64,000 nucleotides of DNA from Bacillota bacterium. GTDB lineage: Bacteria; Bacillota; Bacilli; Paenibacillales; JBEGSW01. Below are positions 30,792-40,688 of this stretch, one piece after another. Each line of letters opens with the position of its first letter. Within the stretch, counting starts at the first letter, position 1. The stretch covers positions 8,990-72,989 of the forward strand of contig JBEGSW010000060.1 of NCBI GenBank assembly GCA_041179705.1, written 5' to 3'. A program made the translations under genes and the position numbers. Below the pieces are notes generated by a model, which saw only the letters and a list, made by a program, of their open reading frames with translations, had not been told where the DNA came from and did no database searches.

Positions 30792-31664
30792 ATGTCTGAA
30801 CTCGGTTCGTTTCTAAAAAAGACGAGAGAGAAACAGCATTTAACGCTTGATCAAGTTCAAGAAATTACTAAGATACGAAAATCCTACTTGCAAGCTATCG
30901 AGTCTGGTGAATTCGACCAATTACCTGGTCATTTTTACATTCGAGCATTTATTAAAAGTTACTCTGAGTCTCTCGGGATAAGTTTTGCAGAGTTACTCCA
31001 ATCCTTTGGAAGTGAATTGTCCGCATACAGCCCAGAACCAGATGAGAAGCCGAATACAATTACAAGAAAAGAAAAAATGGCAAACATCGAAATGCTCGCC
31101 AAATTAGGTTCATCCGTTTTGTTAATTGCATTTATCATCTTCATTATTGTGCTTATCTATTTTTTTGCATTAAGCAAAGAAGTTGAAGAAACTGAAAATT
31201 TAGATCAAACACGAATTACAAATGAAGCAAAAATCTATGCAAGTCCATCACCTATACCGTCTCCAACGCCTGAACCTTCAAAAGAACCAATTGAAAAATC
31301 GAGTTCGATTAGCGAGACTTCTGTACGTGTGGAATTGGTTGGGAAAGAAACAAACACTTTAATTTATAACGTATCTAATACAGATGTTATTAATATAAAT
31401 TTATCATTTACGGATGATTGTTGGACCTTGTTCCGCATGCAGAATAACAACGGTACAGTTATCAAAGGAGAACTAAACAAGAGTATCTATATTGCGGGTG
31501 ATACTGATACACTAGAATCATCTAAATCTATACATTTAAGATTTGGGAATGCAAAAGCAATTTCTCTTGAGGTGAATGGAATCATGATTGAGGATGCTAC
31601 ACTTAAAGAAGAAGGCGCAAAAAACATTCAACTGAATTTAGTGAAGTTGAATATTCAAGAGTAA
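30792..31664 (+). CDS. ymfM: RodZ-like cytoskeleton/HTH membrane protein (YmfM-like)
   Basis: XRE-type HTH LTLDQVQEITKIRKSYLQAIESGEF, single TM (VLLIAFIIFIIVLIYFFAL), P/S-rich linker, C-terminal DUF4115-like domain. Confidence 0.82.
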   Translation: MSELGSFLKKTREKQHLTLDQVQEITKIRKSYLQAIESGEFDQLPGHFYIRAFIKSYSESLGISFAELLQSFGSELSAYSPEPDEKPNTITRKEKMANIEMLAKLGSSVLLIAFIIFIIVLIYFFALSKEVEETENLDQTRITNEAKIYASPSPIPSPTPEPSKEPIEKSSSISETSVRVELVGKETNTLIYNVSNTDVININLSFTDDCWTLFRMQNNNGTVIKGELNKSIYIAGDTDTLESSKSIHLRFGNAKAISLEVNGIMIEDATLKEEGAKNIQLNLVKLNIQE

Positions 31665-31670
31665 TTGTTT

Positions 31671-31694
31671 AATAAAATAATAAAATAATAAAAT
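31671..31694 (+). repeat. Tandem octamer repeat (AATAAAAT)x3 plus a degenerate fourth unit
   Basis: aataaaat aataaaat aataaaat aaatgaaat in the ymfM-rimO spacer. Confidence 0.9.
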
Positions 31695-31717
31695 AAATGA
31701 AATTAATAGGGGATATT

Positions 31718-33046
31718 ATGTCACAAAAAGTCAAAGTAGTAACGCTAGGTTGTGAAAAAAATTTAGTCGATTCAGAAATTATGTCGGGCTTAATTGGTGA
31801 ACGGGGTTTTGAATTTGTTGATAATCAAGACGAGGCGACCGTAATCATAGTAAATACTTGCGGTTTTATTGATGCTGCAAAAGAAGAATCGGTTAATACA
31901 ATCTTATCATTAGCCGATCTTAAGGAAACTGCCAATCTAAAGGCATTAATCGTCTCTGGTTGCTTAACACAGAGATATAAGGAATCTCTTCTTGAAGAAA
32001 TGCCAGAAATAGATGGTATTGTTGGTACTGGCGATTTTGATAAAATTAACGAAATCATCGATGAAGCTTTAGCTGGAAAAAAGCCAGCACGTGTGGGTAA
32101 TCCTGTATTTGATTATGATCGAAAATTACCTCGTAAACTATCGACGCCTAAATATACGGCCTACATTAAAATTGCTGAAGGTTGCGATAATGCGTGTACA
32201 TTCTGCAGCATTCCTATCATGCGTGGTGCATTTCGAAGTCGCTCGATAGAATCGATTGTGAATGAAGCAGAACAACTAGCAAAGCAAGGGGTGAAAGAGA
32301 TAAGCTTAATCGCCCAAGATTCCACTAATTATGGTACAGATATCTATGAATCATTTATGCTTCCAACTTTATTGAATCGCGTTAGTGAAGTAGAAGGAAT
32401 TGAGTGGGTAAGATTACATTATGCGTATCCTGGATTCTTTACAGATGAATTAATAGAGACCATCGCAAATAACCCGAAAATTTGCAAATATATCGACATG
32501 CCTCTTCAACATAGTGAAGATCATATTTTAAAGAAAATGAGACGCCCTGGACAACAAAGAGATGTGAGAGAACTCGTTTCTAAAATTCGTACTATAATTC
32601 CAAGTGCAGCTTTGAGAACATCTTTAATTGTTGGTTTCCCAGGAGAGTCGAATGAAGACTTTGAACGTTTAAGTAAATTCGTAAGTGAAATGCAGTTTGA
32701 TCGACTAGGTGTATTTACGTATTCTCCTGAAGAAGATACGCCAGCAGTTCGATTGCCAAATCATGTAGATGATGAGACAAAAGAATTGAGACAGAATACC
32801 TTAATGGAAATACAACGTCAAATCGCATTTAAGCAGAATGCAAGATTTGTGGGTTCAACGCTTAAGGTTCTCATCGAAGGTTATGATGGACGTAATGATG
32901 TTTATGTAGGTCGTAGTCAATATGATGCTCCTGAAATTGACGGTGAAGTTTATGTAAGTGGCAAAAACTTGGAGATAGGCGCATTCGTTGATGTAAGCAT
33001 TACACATGCACATGAATATGATTTATCAGGGGAGGCTGTACAATGA
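31718..33046 (+). CDS. rimO: Ribosomal protein S12 methylthiotransferase RimO
   Basis: VVTLGCEKNLVDSE, radical-SAM CDNACTFCSIP, C-terminal TRAM with APEIDGEVYV...HAHEYDL. Confidence 0.9.
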   Translation: MSQKVKVVTLGCEKNLVDSEIMSGLIGERGFEFVDNQDEATVIIVNTCGFIDAAKEESVNTILSLADLKETANLKALIVSGCLTQRYKESLLEEMPEIDGIVGTGDFDKINEIIDEALAGKKPARVGNPVFDYDRKLPRKLSTPKYTAYIKIAEGCDNACTFCSIPIMRGAFRSRSIESIVNEAEQLAKQGVKEISLIAQDSTNYGTDIYESFMLPTLLNRVSEVEGIEWVRLHYAYPGFFTDELIETIANNPKICKYIDMPLQHSEDHILKKMRRPGQQRDVRELVSKIRTIIPSAALRTSLIVGFPGESNEDFERLSKFVSEMQFDRLGVFTYSPEEDTPAVRLPNHVDDETKELRQNTLMEIQRQIAFKQNARFVGSTLKVLIEGYDGRNDVYVGRSQYDAPEIDGEVYVSGKNLEIGAFVDVSITHAHEYDLSGEAVQ

Positions 33047-33627
33047 ATTTAGCAAATCGAATCACAATGGCAAGAATTTTTTTAGTTCCAGTAATTATGT
33101 TCTTTTTACTCGTACAATTAGATTTCCCACCAATTGTTTTTGACGATTTTTCAATTTCTGTCAATCAGATCGTTGCAACATTAATTTTCATTATTGCTGC
33201 GAGTACGGATGGGCTTGATGGCTATATCGCTAGAAGTCGAAAGATGGTATCCAATTTAGGTAAGTTACTTGATCCACTTGCAGATAAACTATTAATTGCA
33301 GCTGTATTGATTTCGTTAGTGGATATGGGCAAATTAGATGCATGGATTGCGATTGTTATCATTAGTCGCGAATTCGCGGTGACTGGTTTGCGTCAAGTTG
33401 CCTTATTAGAGGGCACTGTAATGGCAGCAAGTGCCTGGGGTAAATGGAAGACAGCAATTCAAATTACGGCGATTATTGCTTTGTTATTAAACAATTTCCC
33501 GTTTTATTTAGTGGATTTTCCGTTTGATATCGTTGCAAGCTGGTTAGCTGCTGCAATTACAATTTATTCTGGTGTGGACTATTTTGTAAAAAATAAAAAT
33601 GTTATGCAAGAAATGCCTGGAAAATAA
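33043..33627 (+). CDS. pgsA: CDP-diacylglycerol--glycerol-3-phosphate 3-phosphatidyltransferase
   Basis: DGLDGYIAR...GKLLDPLADK motif, multi-TM. ATG overlaps the rimO stop. Confidence 0.95.
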   Translation: MNLANRITMARIFLVPVIMFFLLVQLDFPPIVFDDFSISVNQIVATLIFIIAASTDGLDGYIARSRKMVSNLGKLLDPLADKLLIAAVLISLVDMGKLDAWIAIVIISREFAVTGLRQVALLEGTVMAASAWGKWKTAIQITAIIALLLNNFPFYLVDFPFDIVASWLAAAITIYSGVDYFVKNKNVMQEMPGK

Positions 33628-33646
33628 TGAATGAACTGGGGATAAC

Positions 33647-34903
33647 ATGGGACGTAAAGCGGAAATTATTGCAGTAGGTACAGAATTATTACTTGGTCAG
33701 ATTGTCAACACTAACGCGCAATATTTGGCCCAACAACTTGCTGATTTAGGGGTAAATGTTTTTTATCAGACTGTTGTCGGTGATAATATCAATCGTCTTC
33801 ATTCAGCGATTCAAATCGCAAAGTCTCGTGCAGATATTATTGTGTTCACTGGTGGTCTCGGACCTACACAAGACGATTTAACTCGGGATGCTGTAGCAAA
33901 ATTTTGTGAACGTAAGCTTGTGATGCATGCTCCTTCTTTGGATAATATTAAATCTTTCTTTGCATCTCGTGGCGTAGAAATGGTAGAAAGCAATGGGCGT
34001 CAAGCACTTATGATTGATGATGCTGATGCATTGATTAATGATGTAGGAATGGCGGTTGGGTGTGCGTTTAAGCATGATAATACGATGTTTATCTTATTGC
34101 CTGGACCACCTCGCGAAATGAAAGCGATGTTTGCAAATTATGCTGCACCATGGATTCGCTCCGCAATTGGTGAATCATTACCCTTATTTTCCACTATGTT
34201 AAAGTTTTCGGGGATAGGGGAGTCAAATTTAGAACATCAAATCATCGATCTTATAGATAGTCAGAGTGATGTTTCCATTGCACCATATGCCAAAGAAGGC
34301 GAGGTTGCTATCCGATTGGCTGTAAAAGCCTCAGACTTAGATACAGCTAACCAAATGATGCAACCCATTGTGGATGAAATTTACAGTCGTTTCCCAGATA
34401 ATCTTTTCTCCACGCTTGGTGAAACGTTAGAGGCTACTGTTGTAAGACTGTTAACTGAACAACAAAAGACTGTCGTAGTCGCAGAAAGTATCACTGGTGG
34501 AAGACTTGGGGATTTAATTACATCTATACCTGGCAGTTCTAGTGTTTTTAAAGGTGGATATATTACATATTCTAATGAAACAAAGAATCGCATCCTGCAT
34601 ATTCCGATTGAATTGTTGGAGGGTGAAGGAGCACCAGGAGCGATTAGCAGTAGTGTTGTCGAGAAAATGGCGATAGAGGCTCAAAAGCTTGGTAATTCAA
34701 ATTATGCAATCGCAATCAGTGGGAATGCAGGTCCTGAGTCAGCAGAAAATAAGCCAGTAGGATTAACTTATTTAGCTATCGCGGATGAATCAGGAATTCT
34801 TCTCAGCAAAGAATTACAATTACATGGGAATCGTGACACGATTAAACAACGTGCAGCTAAACAAGCTTTATTTGCGTTGTGGTCAACAATCAGAACGAAA
34901 TAG
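33647..34903 (+). CDS. cinA: Competence/damage-inducible protein CinA (MoCF-like + PncC NMN deamidase domains)
   Basis: 418 aa, AVGTELLLGQIVNTNA, C-terminal ESITGG...GLTY pattern. Upstream of recA. Confidence 0.93.
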   Translation: MGRKAEIIAVGTELLLGQIVNTNAQYLAQQLADLGVNVFYQTVVGDNINRLHSAIQIAKSRADIIVFTGGLGPTQDDLTRDAVAKFCERKLVMHAPSLDNIKSFFASRGVEMVESNGRQALMIDDADALINDVGMAVGCAFKHDNTMFILLPGPPREMKAMFANYAAPWIRSAIGESLPLFSTMLKFSGIGESNLEHQIIDLIDSQSDVSIAPYAKEGEVAIRLAVKASDLDTANQMMQPIVDEIYSRFPDNLFSTLGETLEATVVRLLTEQQKTVVVAESITGGRLGDLITSIPGSSSVFKGGYITYSNETKNRILHIPIELLEGEGAPGAISSSVVEKMAIEAQKLGNSNYAIAISGNAGPESAENKPVGLTYLAIADESGILLSKELQLHGNRDTIKQRAAKQALFALWSTIRTK

Positions 34904-34948
34904 GTTGAGATATTGTTTTTATGTCGTATAATGAAATAGTCGAATGGA

Positions 34949-34985
34949 AGAACCGTGTCGCATTATTGGCACGGTTTTCGTTTGT
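34949..34985 (+). terminator. Terminator after cinA
   Basis: GAACCGTG-tcgcattattgg-CACGGTTT followed by TCGTTT. Confidence 0.6.
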
Positions 34986-34994
34986 CCAAAAATA

Positions 34995-35008
34995 CGAATG
35001 TATGTTCG
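34995..35008 (+). promoter_or_regulatory. LexA operator (Cheo/SOS box) upstream of recA
   Basis: CGAATGTATGTTCG matches the Gram-positive consensus CGAAC-N4-GTTCG at all but one position. Lies just upstream of the -35. Confidence 0.8.
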
Positions 35009-35017
35009 AAAAAACAC

Positions 35018-35046
35018 TTGTTAATCTTTTCAAAAGAAGTTATGAT
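35018..35046 (+). promoter_or_regulatory. Candidate sigma-A promoter of recA
   Basis: TTGTTA, 17 nt spacer, TATGAT. Confidence 0.6.
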
Positions 35047-35077
35047 TAATACAAATCAAACAGTAGGAGTGAGTATA

Positions 35078-36112
35078 TTGGCAGATCGTCGCGCGGCATT
35101 AGATATGGCATTACGCCAAATTGAGAAGCAGTTCGGTAAAGGTTCAATTATGAAACTTGGAGAATCTACAAATATGCAAGTGGAGACGGTTTCTAGTGGT
35201 GCACTTGCACTCGATATAGCACTTGGCATTGGCGGTTTTCCACGTGGTCGCGTAATTGAGATATATGGTCCTGAATCTTCCGGTAAGACTACAGTTTCTT
35301 TACATGCGATTGCAGAGGTTCAAAAATTAGGTGGTCAAGCTGCGTTTATCGATGCAGAGCATGCGCTTGATCCTGTATATGCTAGAAATTTAGGTGTGAA
35401 TATTGACGAACTACTCCTATCTCAACCAGATACTGGTGAACAAGCGCTTGAAATTGCTGAGGCATTAGTTCGTAGTGGTGCAGTTGATATAATTGTAATC
35501 GATTCTGTGGCTGCATTGGTTCCAAGAGCTGAAATAGAAGGAGATATGGGGGATTCCCACGTTGGTCTGCAAGCTCGTCTCATGTCGCAAGCACTTCGTA
35601 AATTATCAGGAGCGATCAGTAAGTCTAAGACTATTGCGATTTTCATCAACCAATTACGTGAGAAAGTGGGCGTAATGTTTGGTAATCCAGAGACAACACC
35701 TGGTGGACGTGCGTTGAAGTTTTATTCTACAGTGCGTTTAGATGTTCGTCGTGTAGAATCAATCAAGCAAGGTAACGATATTGTAGGTAACCGAACACGA
35801 ATTAAAGTAGTAAAAAATAAAGTTGCCCCTCCATTTAAACAGGCTGAAGTAGATATTATGTATGGTGAAGGTATTTCTAGAGAAGGAAGTATTATTGATA
35901 TAGGGACTGAGATGGACATTGTCCAAAAAAGCGGAGCCTGGTATTCATATGAAGGTGAACGTTTGGGTCAAGGTAGAGAGAATTCAAAGCAATTTCTCAA
36001 AGAAAATGTTTCAGTTGCATTAGCAATTGAGACGAAAATCCGTGAAGCTGCGAGTCTAAGTGCAGGTTCATTAAGTGCTGCAGATGATGAAGAGTTTGAT
36101 TTGGAAGATTAA
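35078..36112 (+). CDS. recA: Recombinase RecA
   Basis: TTG start 6 nt after AGGAGTG gives (M)[22 protein letters not shown]. Walker [10 protein letters not shown]. The ORF-track start at 34955 would cover the SOS box and promoter. Confidence 0.97.
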   Translation: MADRRAALDMALRQIEKQFGKGSIMKLGESTNMQVETVSSGALALDIALGIGGFPRGRVIEIYGPESSGKTTVSLHAIAEVQKLGGQAAFIDAEHALDPVYARNLGVNIDELLLSQPDTGEQALEIAEALVRSGAVDIIVIDSVAALVPRAEIEGDMGDSHVGLQARLMSQALRKLSGAISKSKTIAIFINQLREKVGVMFGNPETTPGGRALKFYSTVRLDVRRVESIKQGNDIVGNRTRIKVVKNKVAPPFKQAEVDIMYGEGISREGSIIDIGTEMDIVQKSGAWYSYEGERLGQGRENSKQFLKENVSVALAIETKIREAASLSAGSLSAADDEEFDLED

Positions 36113-36127
36113 TTTTAAATGCTATTC

Positions 36128-36161
36128 CCTCGGTTAATTGACCGGGGGCTGTTTCATTTTA
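36128..36161 (+). terminator. Terminator/attenuator after recA
   Basis: CCCTCGGT-taattg-ACCGGGGG followed by CTGTTTCATTTT. Confidence 0.6.
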
Positions 36162-36174
36162 GGGGGAAGATAAT

Positions 36175-36819
36175 ATGGAACAACATGAAATTCTTAAAAT
36201 CATAAAGAAAAAAAAAGATCAGTATATCATTGATGTGTCTGACTATGAATCTTTTGTAGTTGATCAAGAATTACTGGTGCAATTCGATCTTCGAAAAGGG
36301 AAGATTCTTCACACTTTAGAAATTGAGCAATTAGTTAATTTTAAAGAACGTAACAAAGTATACAATACTGCATTACGTCTTCTCGGGATTCGCCCTCGTA
36401 CGGCTAAGGAAATTCGAAATAAGTTAAAAGAAAAATCATTTGAAACCAATTGGATTGAATGGACATTAACAAAATTAAAAAATGAAGGTTACATCAATCA
36501 TCAAGAATATGCGATACAGTTTGTGGAAGAGGCTATCAAGTTCAAGAAGAAAGGCATGGCTTGGATTCGTTTTGAATTGAAAAACAGGGGCGTTGAAGAA
36601 GAATTTATTACATCTGCGATTAATCAAATCGATGGGGCAATGGAATTAGACGCAGTTCTTTTTCTTGCTAATAAGAAATGGGAACAACTCTTTAAAAAAC
36701 ACGAATACCATATCGCTAAATATAAGTTACAAACATATTTACAAGGTCGAGGATACGCTAAATCATTAGTAAATGAAGCGATTTCAACTCTAGAAAAAGT
36801 TTATAATAATAATAATTAA
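36175..36819 (+). CDS. recX: Recombination regulator RecX
   Basis: 214 aa, repeated three-helix RecX pattern (ALRLLGIRPRTAKEIRNKL...). Directly downstream of recA. Confidence 0.85.
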   Translation: MEQHEILKIIKKKKDQYIIDVSDYESFVVDQELLVQFDLRKGKILHTLEIEQLVNFKERNKVYNTALRLLGIRPRTAKEIRNKLKEKSFETNWIEWTLTKLKNEGYINHQEYAIQFVEEAIKFKKKGMAWIRFELKNRGVEEEFITSAINQIDGAMELDAVLFLANKKWEQLFKKHEYHIAKYKLQTYLQGRGYAKSLVNEAISTLEKVYNNNN

Positions 36820-36870
36820 TGGGATTAATTAAAATGGTATGATTGCGCTTTCATTTCTGTTCGTGTTTGC

Positions 36871-36900
36871 TTGACAACATTAAAGCGTAAACTATACAAT
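36871..36900 (+). promoter_or_regulatory. Candidate sigma-A promoter of rny
   Basis: TTGACA (36871-36876), then TATACAAT giving TACAAT at 18 nt or TATACA at 16 nt spacing. Implies a ~175 nt 5' UTR. Confidence 0.55.
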
Positions 36901-37033
36901 TAGTCTGTGTTTTTAAGAATTCGGTGTGTTTTTTACTGAATTCGAGTTTTTTGTTGGTGATTTCGCCATCATTCAACAAATAGACTATTTTAATTATCTA
37001 ATGAAATGTTTTGTGGAATCGTAACAAAAAATC

Positions 37034-37054
37034 AGACAAATATTTAATTTGTCT
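37034..37054 (+). promoter_or_regulatory. Perfect 8-bp inverted repeat in the rny leader (RNA hairpin or operator)
   Basis: AGACAAAT-attta-ATTTGTCT, ending 11 nt before SD GGGGAGGTG. Confidence 0.35.
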
Positions 37055-37079
37055 AACAATTTAACGGGGAGGTGCCAGG

Positions 37080-38621
37080 ATGCAACCAATGGTTTGGATC
37101 TTGATTATTCTCGTTGTTGGTGCTTTATCTTTTGGGATTGGATATTTCATTCGCAAATCCCTTGCTGAAGCCAAAATCTCAGGAGCAGAGACTGCAGCAT
37201 TGAAAATTATCGATGATGCTAAGAAAAATGTCGAAGCACTAAAGAGAGAGACCGTTCTTGAAGCTAAAGACGAAGTACATAAATTACGTACAGAAGCGGA
37301 ACGTGAAATCCGTGAACGTCGAAATGAAGTACAGCGACAAGAACGTCGATTGGTACAAAAAGAGGAAACGCTAGATAAGAAAATCGAATCTTTAGAAATT
37401 AAAGAAGAGAAGTTAGCCGACAAAGAGAAAAAGGTTGAAGAAACACAAGCTAAAGTTGAAGAAATTCATCGCAACCAAGTTATTGAATTAGAACGAATTT
37501 CTGGTTTATCGCAGGAAGAAGCACGTAAGCTAATTTTAGCTGCTGTTGAACAAGAAGTAAGAGCAGAGACAGCTCAATTAATTAAAGATATTGAGCAACA
37601 GGCAAAAGAAGAGTCTGATAAACGTGCACGCAACATCATTTCTCTTGCAATTCAACGCTGTGCTGCGGATCATGTTGCAGAATCAACAGTTTCTGTAGTT
37701 GCATTGCCTAATGAAGAAATGAAAGGTCGAATTATCGGTCGTGAAGGAAGAAATATCAGGGCGCTTGAGACTTTAACTGGTATCGATTTGATTATTGATG
37801 ACACACCTGAAGCAGTTATCTTGTCAGGTTTTGATCCAATTCGTCGAGAAATCGCACGTACATCACTTGAAAAGCTTGTAGCCGATGGTCGTATTCATCC
37901 AGCTAGAATTGAAGAAATGGTTGAGAAGTCCCGTAGAGAAATTGATGAACGAATTCGCGAATATGGCGAACAGGCGACGTTCGAAGTTGGCGTACATGGT
38001 TTACACCCTGACCTAATTAAGATACTAGGCAGACTAAAGTTTAGAACGAGTTACGGTCAGAATGTATTAAAGCATTCCATGGAAGTAGCTTACCTTACTG
38101 GATTAATGGCTGGTGAACTTGGTGAAGATATCACTTTAGCTAAGCGCGCTGGATTATTACACGATATCGGTAAAGCACTTGATCACGAAGTGGAAGGTTC
38201 ACATGTCGAAATTGGTGTTGAACTTGCCAAAAAATACAAAGAACATCCAGTTGTTATCAATAGTATTGCTTCTCACCATGGAGACTGCGAAGCAGAATCC
38301 GTGATTGCAATGCTTGTAGGTGCAGCAGATGCATTATCTGCAGCTCGACCTGGTGCTCGTCGTGAAACACTTGAGACGTACATTAAGCGCCTTGAGAAAT
38401 TGGAAAATATTTCTGAGAGCTTTGATGGCGTTGAAAAATCATACGCGATTCAGGCTGGTAGAGAAGTTCGAGTTATGGTTCAACCTGATCAAATTGATGA
38501 TACAGAGGCGTTCCGCCTCGCTCGAGATATTACGAAACGTATTGAAGATGAACTAGATTATCCTGGTCACATCAAAGTAACTGTTATTCGTGAGACACGA
38601 GCAGTTGAATATGCAAAATAA
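37080..38621 (+). CDS. rny: Ribonuclease Y
   Basis: N-terminal TM, coiled coil, KH ([15 protein letters not shown]), HD (LLHDIGK), 513 aa. Confidence 0.97.
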   Translation: MQPMVWILIILVVGALSFGIGYFIRKSLAEAKISGAETAALKIIDDAKKNVEALKRETVLEAKDEVHKLRTEAEREIRERRNEVQRQERRLVQKEETLDKKIESLEIKEEKLADKEKKVEETQAKVEEIHRNQVIELERISGLSQEEARKLILAAVEQEVRAETAQLIKDIEQQAKEESDKRARNIISLAIQRCAADHVAESTVSVVALPNEEMKGRIIGREGRNIRALETLTGIDLIIDDTPEAVILSGFDPIRREIARTSLEKLVADGRIHPARIEEMVEKSRREIDERIREYGEQATFEVGVHGLHPDLIKILGRLKFRTSYGQNVLKHSMEVAYLTGLMAGELGEDITLAKRAGLLHDIGKALDHEVEGSHVEIGVELAKKYKEHPVVINSIASHHGDCEAESVIAMLVGAADALSAARPGARRETLETYIKRLEKLENISESFDGVEKSYAIQAGREVRVMVQPDQIDDTEAFRLARDITKRIEDELDYPGHIKVTVIRETRAVEYAK

Positions 38622-38634
38622 TAAGATTTACATC

Positions 38635-38672
38635 GAAAAGTGGCTGATTCTTACAGCCACTTTTCTTTCATC
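38635..38672 (+). terminator. Rho-independent terminator after rny
   Basis: GAAAAGTGGCTG-attctta-CAGCCACTTTTC followed by TTTCATCTTT. Confidence 0.8.
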
Positions 38673-38700
38673 TTTGTATATCAAATAATAAGGAATGTGA

Positions 38701-39498
38701 ATGATGAAAGTATTATTTATTGGCGATATTGTGGGCTCTGTTGGTCGGAAGGCATTGCAATTAAATATTAAACAACTCAAATCCAAATTAAGTCCTGATT
38801 TTATCGTAGTAAATGGCGAGAATGCCGCTTCTGGACGTGGTATAACGGAAGCTATTGCTAGAGATTTTTTTGAGTTGGGTGTACACGGAATTACGATGGG
38901 GAACCACACATGGGATAATAAAGATATTTTTCAATTTATTGAAAATGAGTCCCGGTTAATTCGACCAGCTAATTTTCCGAATGGGGCACCGGGAAAAGGT
39001 TACACTGTTTTGAAGAATGGTAACAGGAAATTGGCTATCATCAACATGCAAGGACGCACCTTTTTACCACCAATTGATTGCCCCTTTCATAAAGCAGATG
39101 CTATTTTGGCAGAACTTAAAGGCGTGACCAATCATATCTTGTTTGATTTTCATGCTGAAGCGACGTCTGAAAAGATTGCAATGGGTTGGCATTTAGATGG
39201 TCGAGTGACAGCATTTGTAGGTACACATACGCATGTTCAGACAAATGATTCTCGCATATTACCTAATGGAACAGCATATATAACAGATGTAGGCATGTGT
39301 GGTTCTCACGAAGGTGTTTTGGGAATGGAACGGGACGCTGTATTATATAAATTCACAACGCAATTACCAGCTCGTTTTATAGTGGATGAAGGTAAATGGC
39401 AATTTCACGCTGTATTCATTCAAACAGATGATGATACAGGAAAAGCAAAGTCGATTAATGCGATTCGCAGTTTAGAAGAAAATTTCATTTTTGAATAA
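38701..39498 (+). CDS. ymdB: 2',3'-cyclic-nucleotide 2'-phosphodiesterase YmdB (calcineurin-like metallophosphoesterase)
   Basis: MKVLFIGDIVG, VNGENAASGRGIT, GNHTWD, 265 aa. Follows rny. Confidence 0.92.
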   Translation: MMKVLFIGDIVGSVGRKALQLNIKQLKSKLSPDFIVVNGENAASGRGITEAIARDFFELGVHGITMGNHTWDNKDIFQFIENESRLIRPANFPNGAPGKGYTVLKNGNRKLAIINMQGRTFLPPIDCPFHKADAILAELKGVTNHILFDFHAEATSEKIAMGWHLDGRVTAFVGTHTHVQTNDSRILPNGTAYITDVGMCGSHEGVLGMERDAVLYKFTTQLPARFIVDEGKWQFHAVFIQTDDDTGKAKSINAIRSLEENFIFE

Positions 39499-39520
39499 TT
39501 GAATTTAGATTTGTTAGATG

Positions 39521-39557
39521 AAGAACAGTTTGCATTTATGTGAACTGTTCTTTTTTT
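39521..39557 (+). terminator. Rho-independent terminator after ymdB
   Basis: AAGAACAGTT-tgcatttatgtg-AACTGTTCTT followed by TTTTT. Confidence 0.85.
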
Positions 39558-39579
39558 ATCTATTTCTGGAGGGGATATT

Positions 39580-40518
39580 ATGAAATGGTTTGATTTACAT
39601 TGTGATGCACTCAATAAACGGTATCGAAATCACCCACATATGTTTGAAATGAATGGTCAAGATGATGTGGATTTCCCAAAAATAATTGAAAGTAATGTAT
39701 GTGTTCAAAATTTTGCGATATATATTTCGGATTCTATTCGTGAAAACCGCAAGAAACATATCGATTTACAAATTAAATGTTTTGAGAACATAATTACTGA
39801 TTTAAAGATGGGAACAATTAATACAAAAACCGATTTATACGCTGCGTTTCATCATGGATTGAGATATTATGGTTTATTGAGTCTAGAGGGGTGTGAAGGA
39901 ATTGATGATTCTGACGAAACGGTACAAATGTTATTCGATAGAGGGCTTAGGTGTTTATCATTGACGTGGAATCATTCAAACTGGGCTGCCGATGGAGCAC
40001 TTGAACATTTTCATGGTGGTATGACTAACCGCGGAAAAAAATTTGTCAATAAATGTGAAACTTATGGAATCGCAATTGATGCTTCTCATTTATCTAATCG
40101 AAGTTTTTGGGATCTAATTCGTACATGTCATAAACCAATATATTGTTCACACTCAAATGCTAAGCTGATTTGCAATCATCCGCGTAATTTAACAGATGAT
40201 CAAATTAATGAAATTATAAATATGCAAGGAATCGTTGGAATTACGTTTGTTCCGAGTTTTTTAAATTCCAAGAATATATCAACTGTTGAAGATGTAATAA
40301 AAAATATTTATCATATATGCGAATTAGGCGGACAAAATTGCATTTCCTTTGGGAGTGATTTTGATGGCATCGATCAGCATGTAGAAGGATTGAGCAACAC
40401 TGGTGATTTAGCTATGTTTTATCAACGACTGAGTAAGGAATTCTACTCCGATGACGTAGAGAAATTCACATGGAAGAATGCTTATACTTACTTTTCGAAA
40501 ACGCTTCCAGATATTTAA
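39580..40518 (+). CDS. Dipeptidase, peptidase family M19 (renal/membrane dipeptidase fold)
   Basis: 312 aa, N-terminal FDLHCDAL, GSDFDG near the C-terminus, TIM-barrel dipeptidase pattern. Confidence 0.8.
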   Translation: MKWFDLHCDALNKRYRNHPHMFEMNGQDDVDFPKIIESNVCVQNFAIYISDSIRENRKKHIDLQIKCFENIITDLKMGTINTKTDLYAAFHHGLRYYGLLSLEGCEGIDDSDETVQMLFDRGLRCLSLTWNHSNWAADGALEHFHGGMTNRGKKFVNKCETYGIAIDASHLSNRSFWDLIRTCHKPIYCSHSNAKLICNHPRNLTDDQINEIINMQGIVGITFVPSFLNSKNISTVEDVIKNIYHICELGGQNCISFGSDFDGIDQHVEGLSNTGDLAMFYQRLSKEFYSDDVEKFTWKNAYTYFSKTLPDI

Positions 40519-40574
40519 CATCCGTTCTCAATTTGATATAGAATTAATCGAAAAGGCGTATATTATTTGTTGAA

Positions 40575-40588
40575 TGTAAACGCTTGTA
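40575..40588 (+). promoter_or_regulatory. Possible CcpA cre site upstream of korAB
   Basis: TGTAAACGCTTGTA versus consensus TGWAANCGNTNWCA (12/14). Confidence 0.35.
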
Positions 40589-40688
40589 ATTTGTCATAAA
40601 AGTGTCATAATAGTGTAGGGTATTGAAAAGGTTTCTTTATCAACACCTAAAAGCTCGTGCATTGTATATTTTTAAGGGGTGGAACTTT

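Noticed and set aside
31671-31694. Short tandem repeats, considered as a degenerate CRISPR or regulatory iteron array.
   Set aside because: The units are 8 nt with no spacers, and there are no cas genes. It is simple AT-rich slippage.
34955-35077. Long N-terminal extension of recA in the ORF track. Similar extensions occur for rimP 6829, rpsO 14862, pnp 15308, dpaA 20201, rimO 31697, korA 40623, pduL 43359, arsC 49955, rhodanese 62043 and MFS 61975.
   Set aside because: The extensions cover terminators, the SOS box or promoters and lack RBSs. Downstream starts with good Shine-Dalgarno spacing reproduce the conserved N-termini.
36839-36874. 11-codon hydrophobic micro-ORF (MIALSFLFVFA) after recX.
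   Set aside because: It has no RBS, overlaps the predicted -35 of the rny promoter, and is most likely chance.
36917-36953. GAATTC...GAATTC hairpin plus U-run in the rny leader, considered as an attenuator or small-RNA terminator.
   Set aside because: It has only 6 A/U-rich base pairs with a 15-nt loop, too weak to call an intrinsic terminator. It is mentioned only as part of the leader finding.
37061-37423. 120-aa minus-strand ORF rich in Ser/Arg.
   Set aside because: It is the antisense shadow of the charged coiled-coil region of rny.
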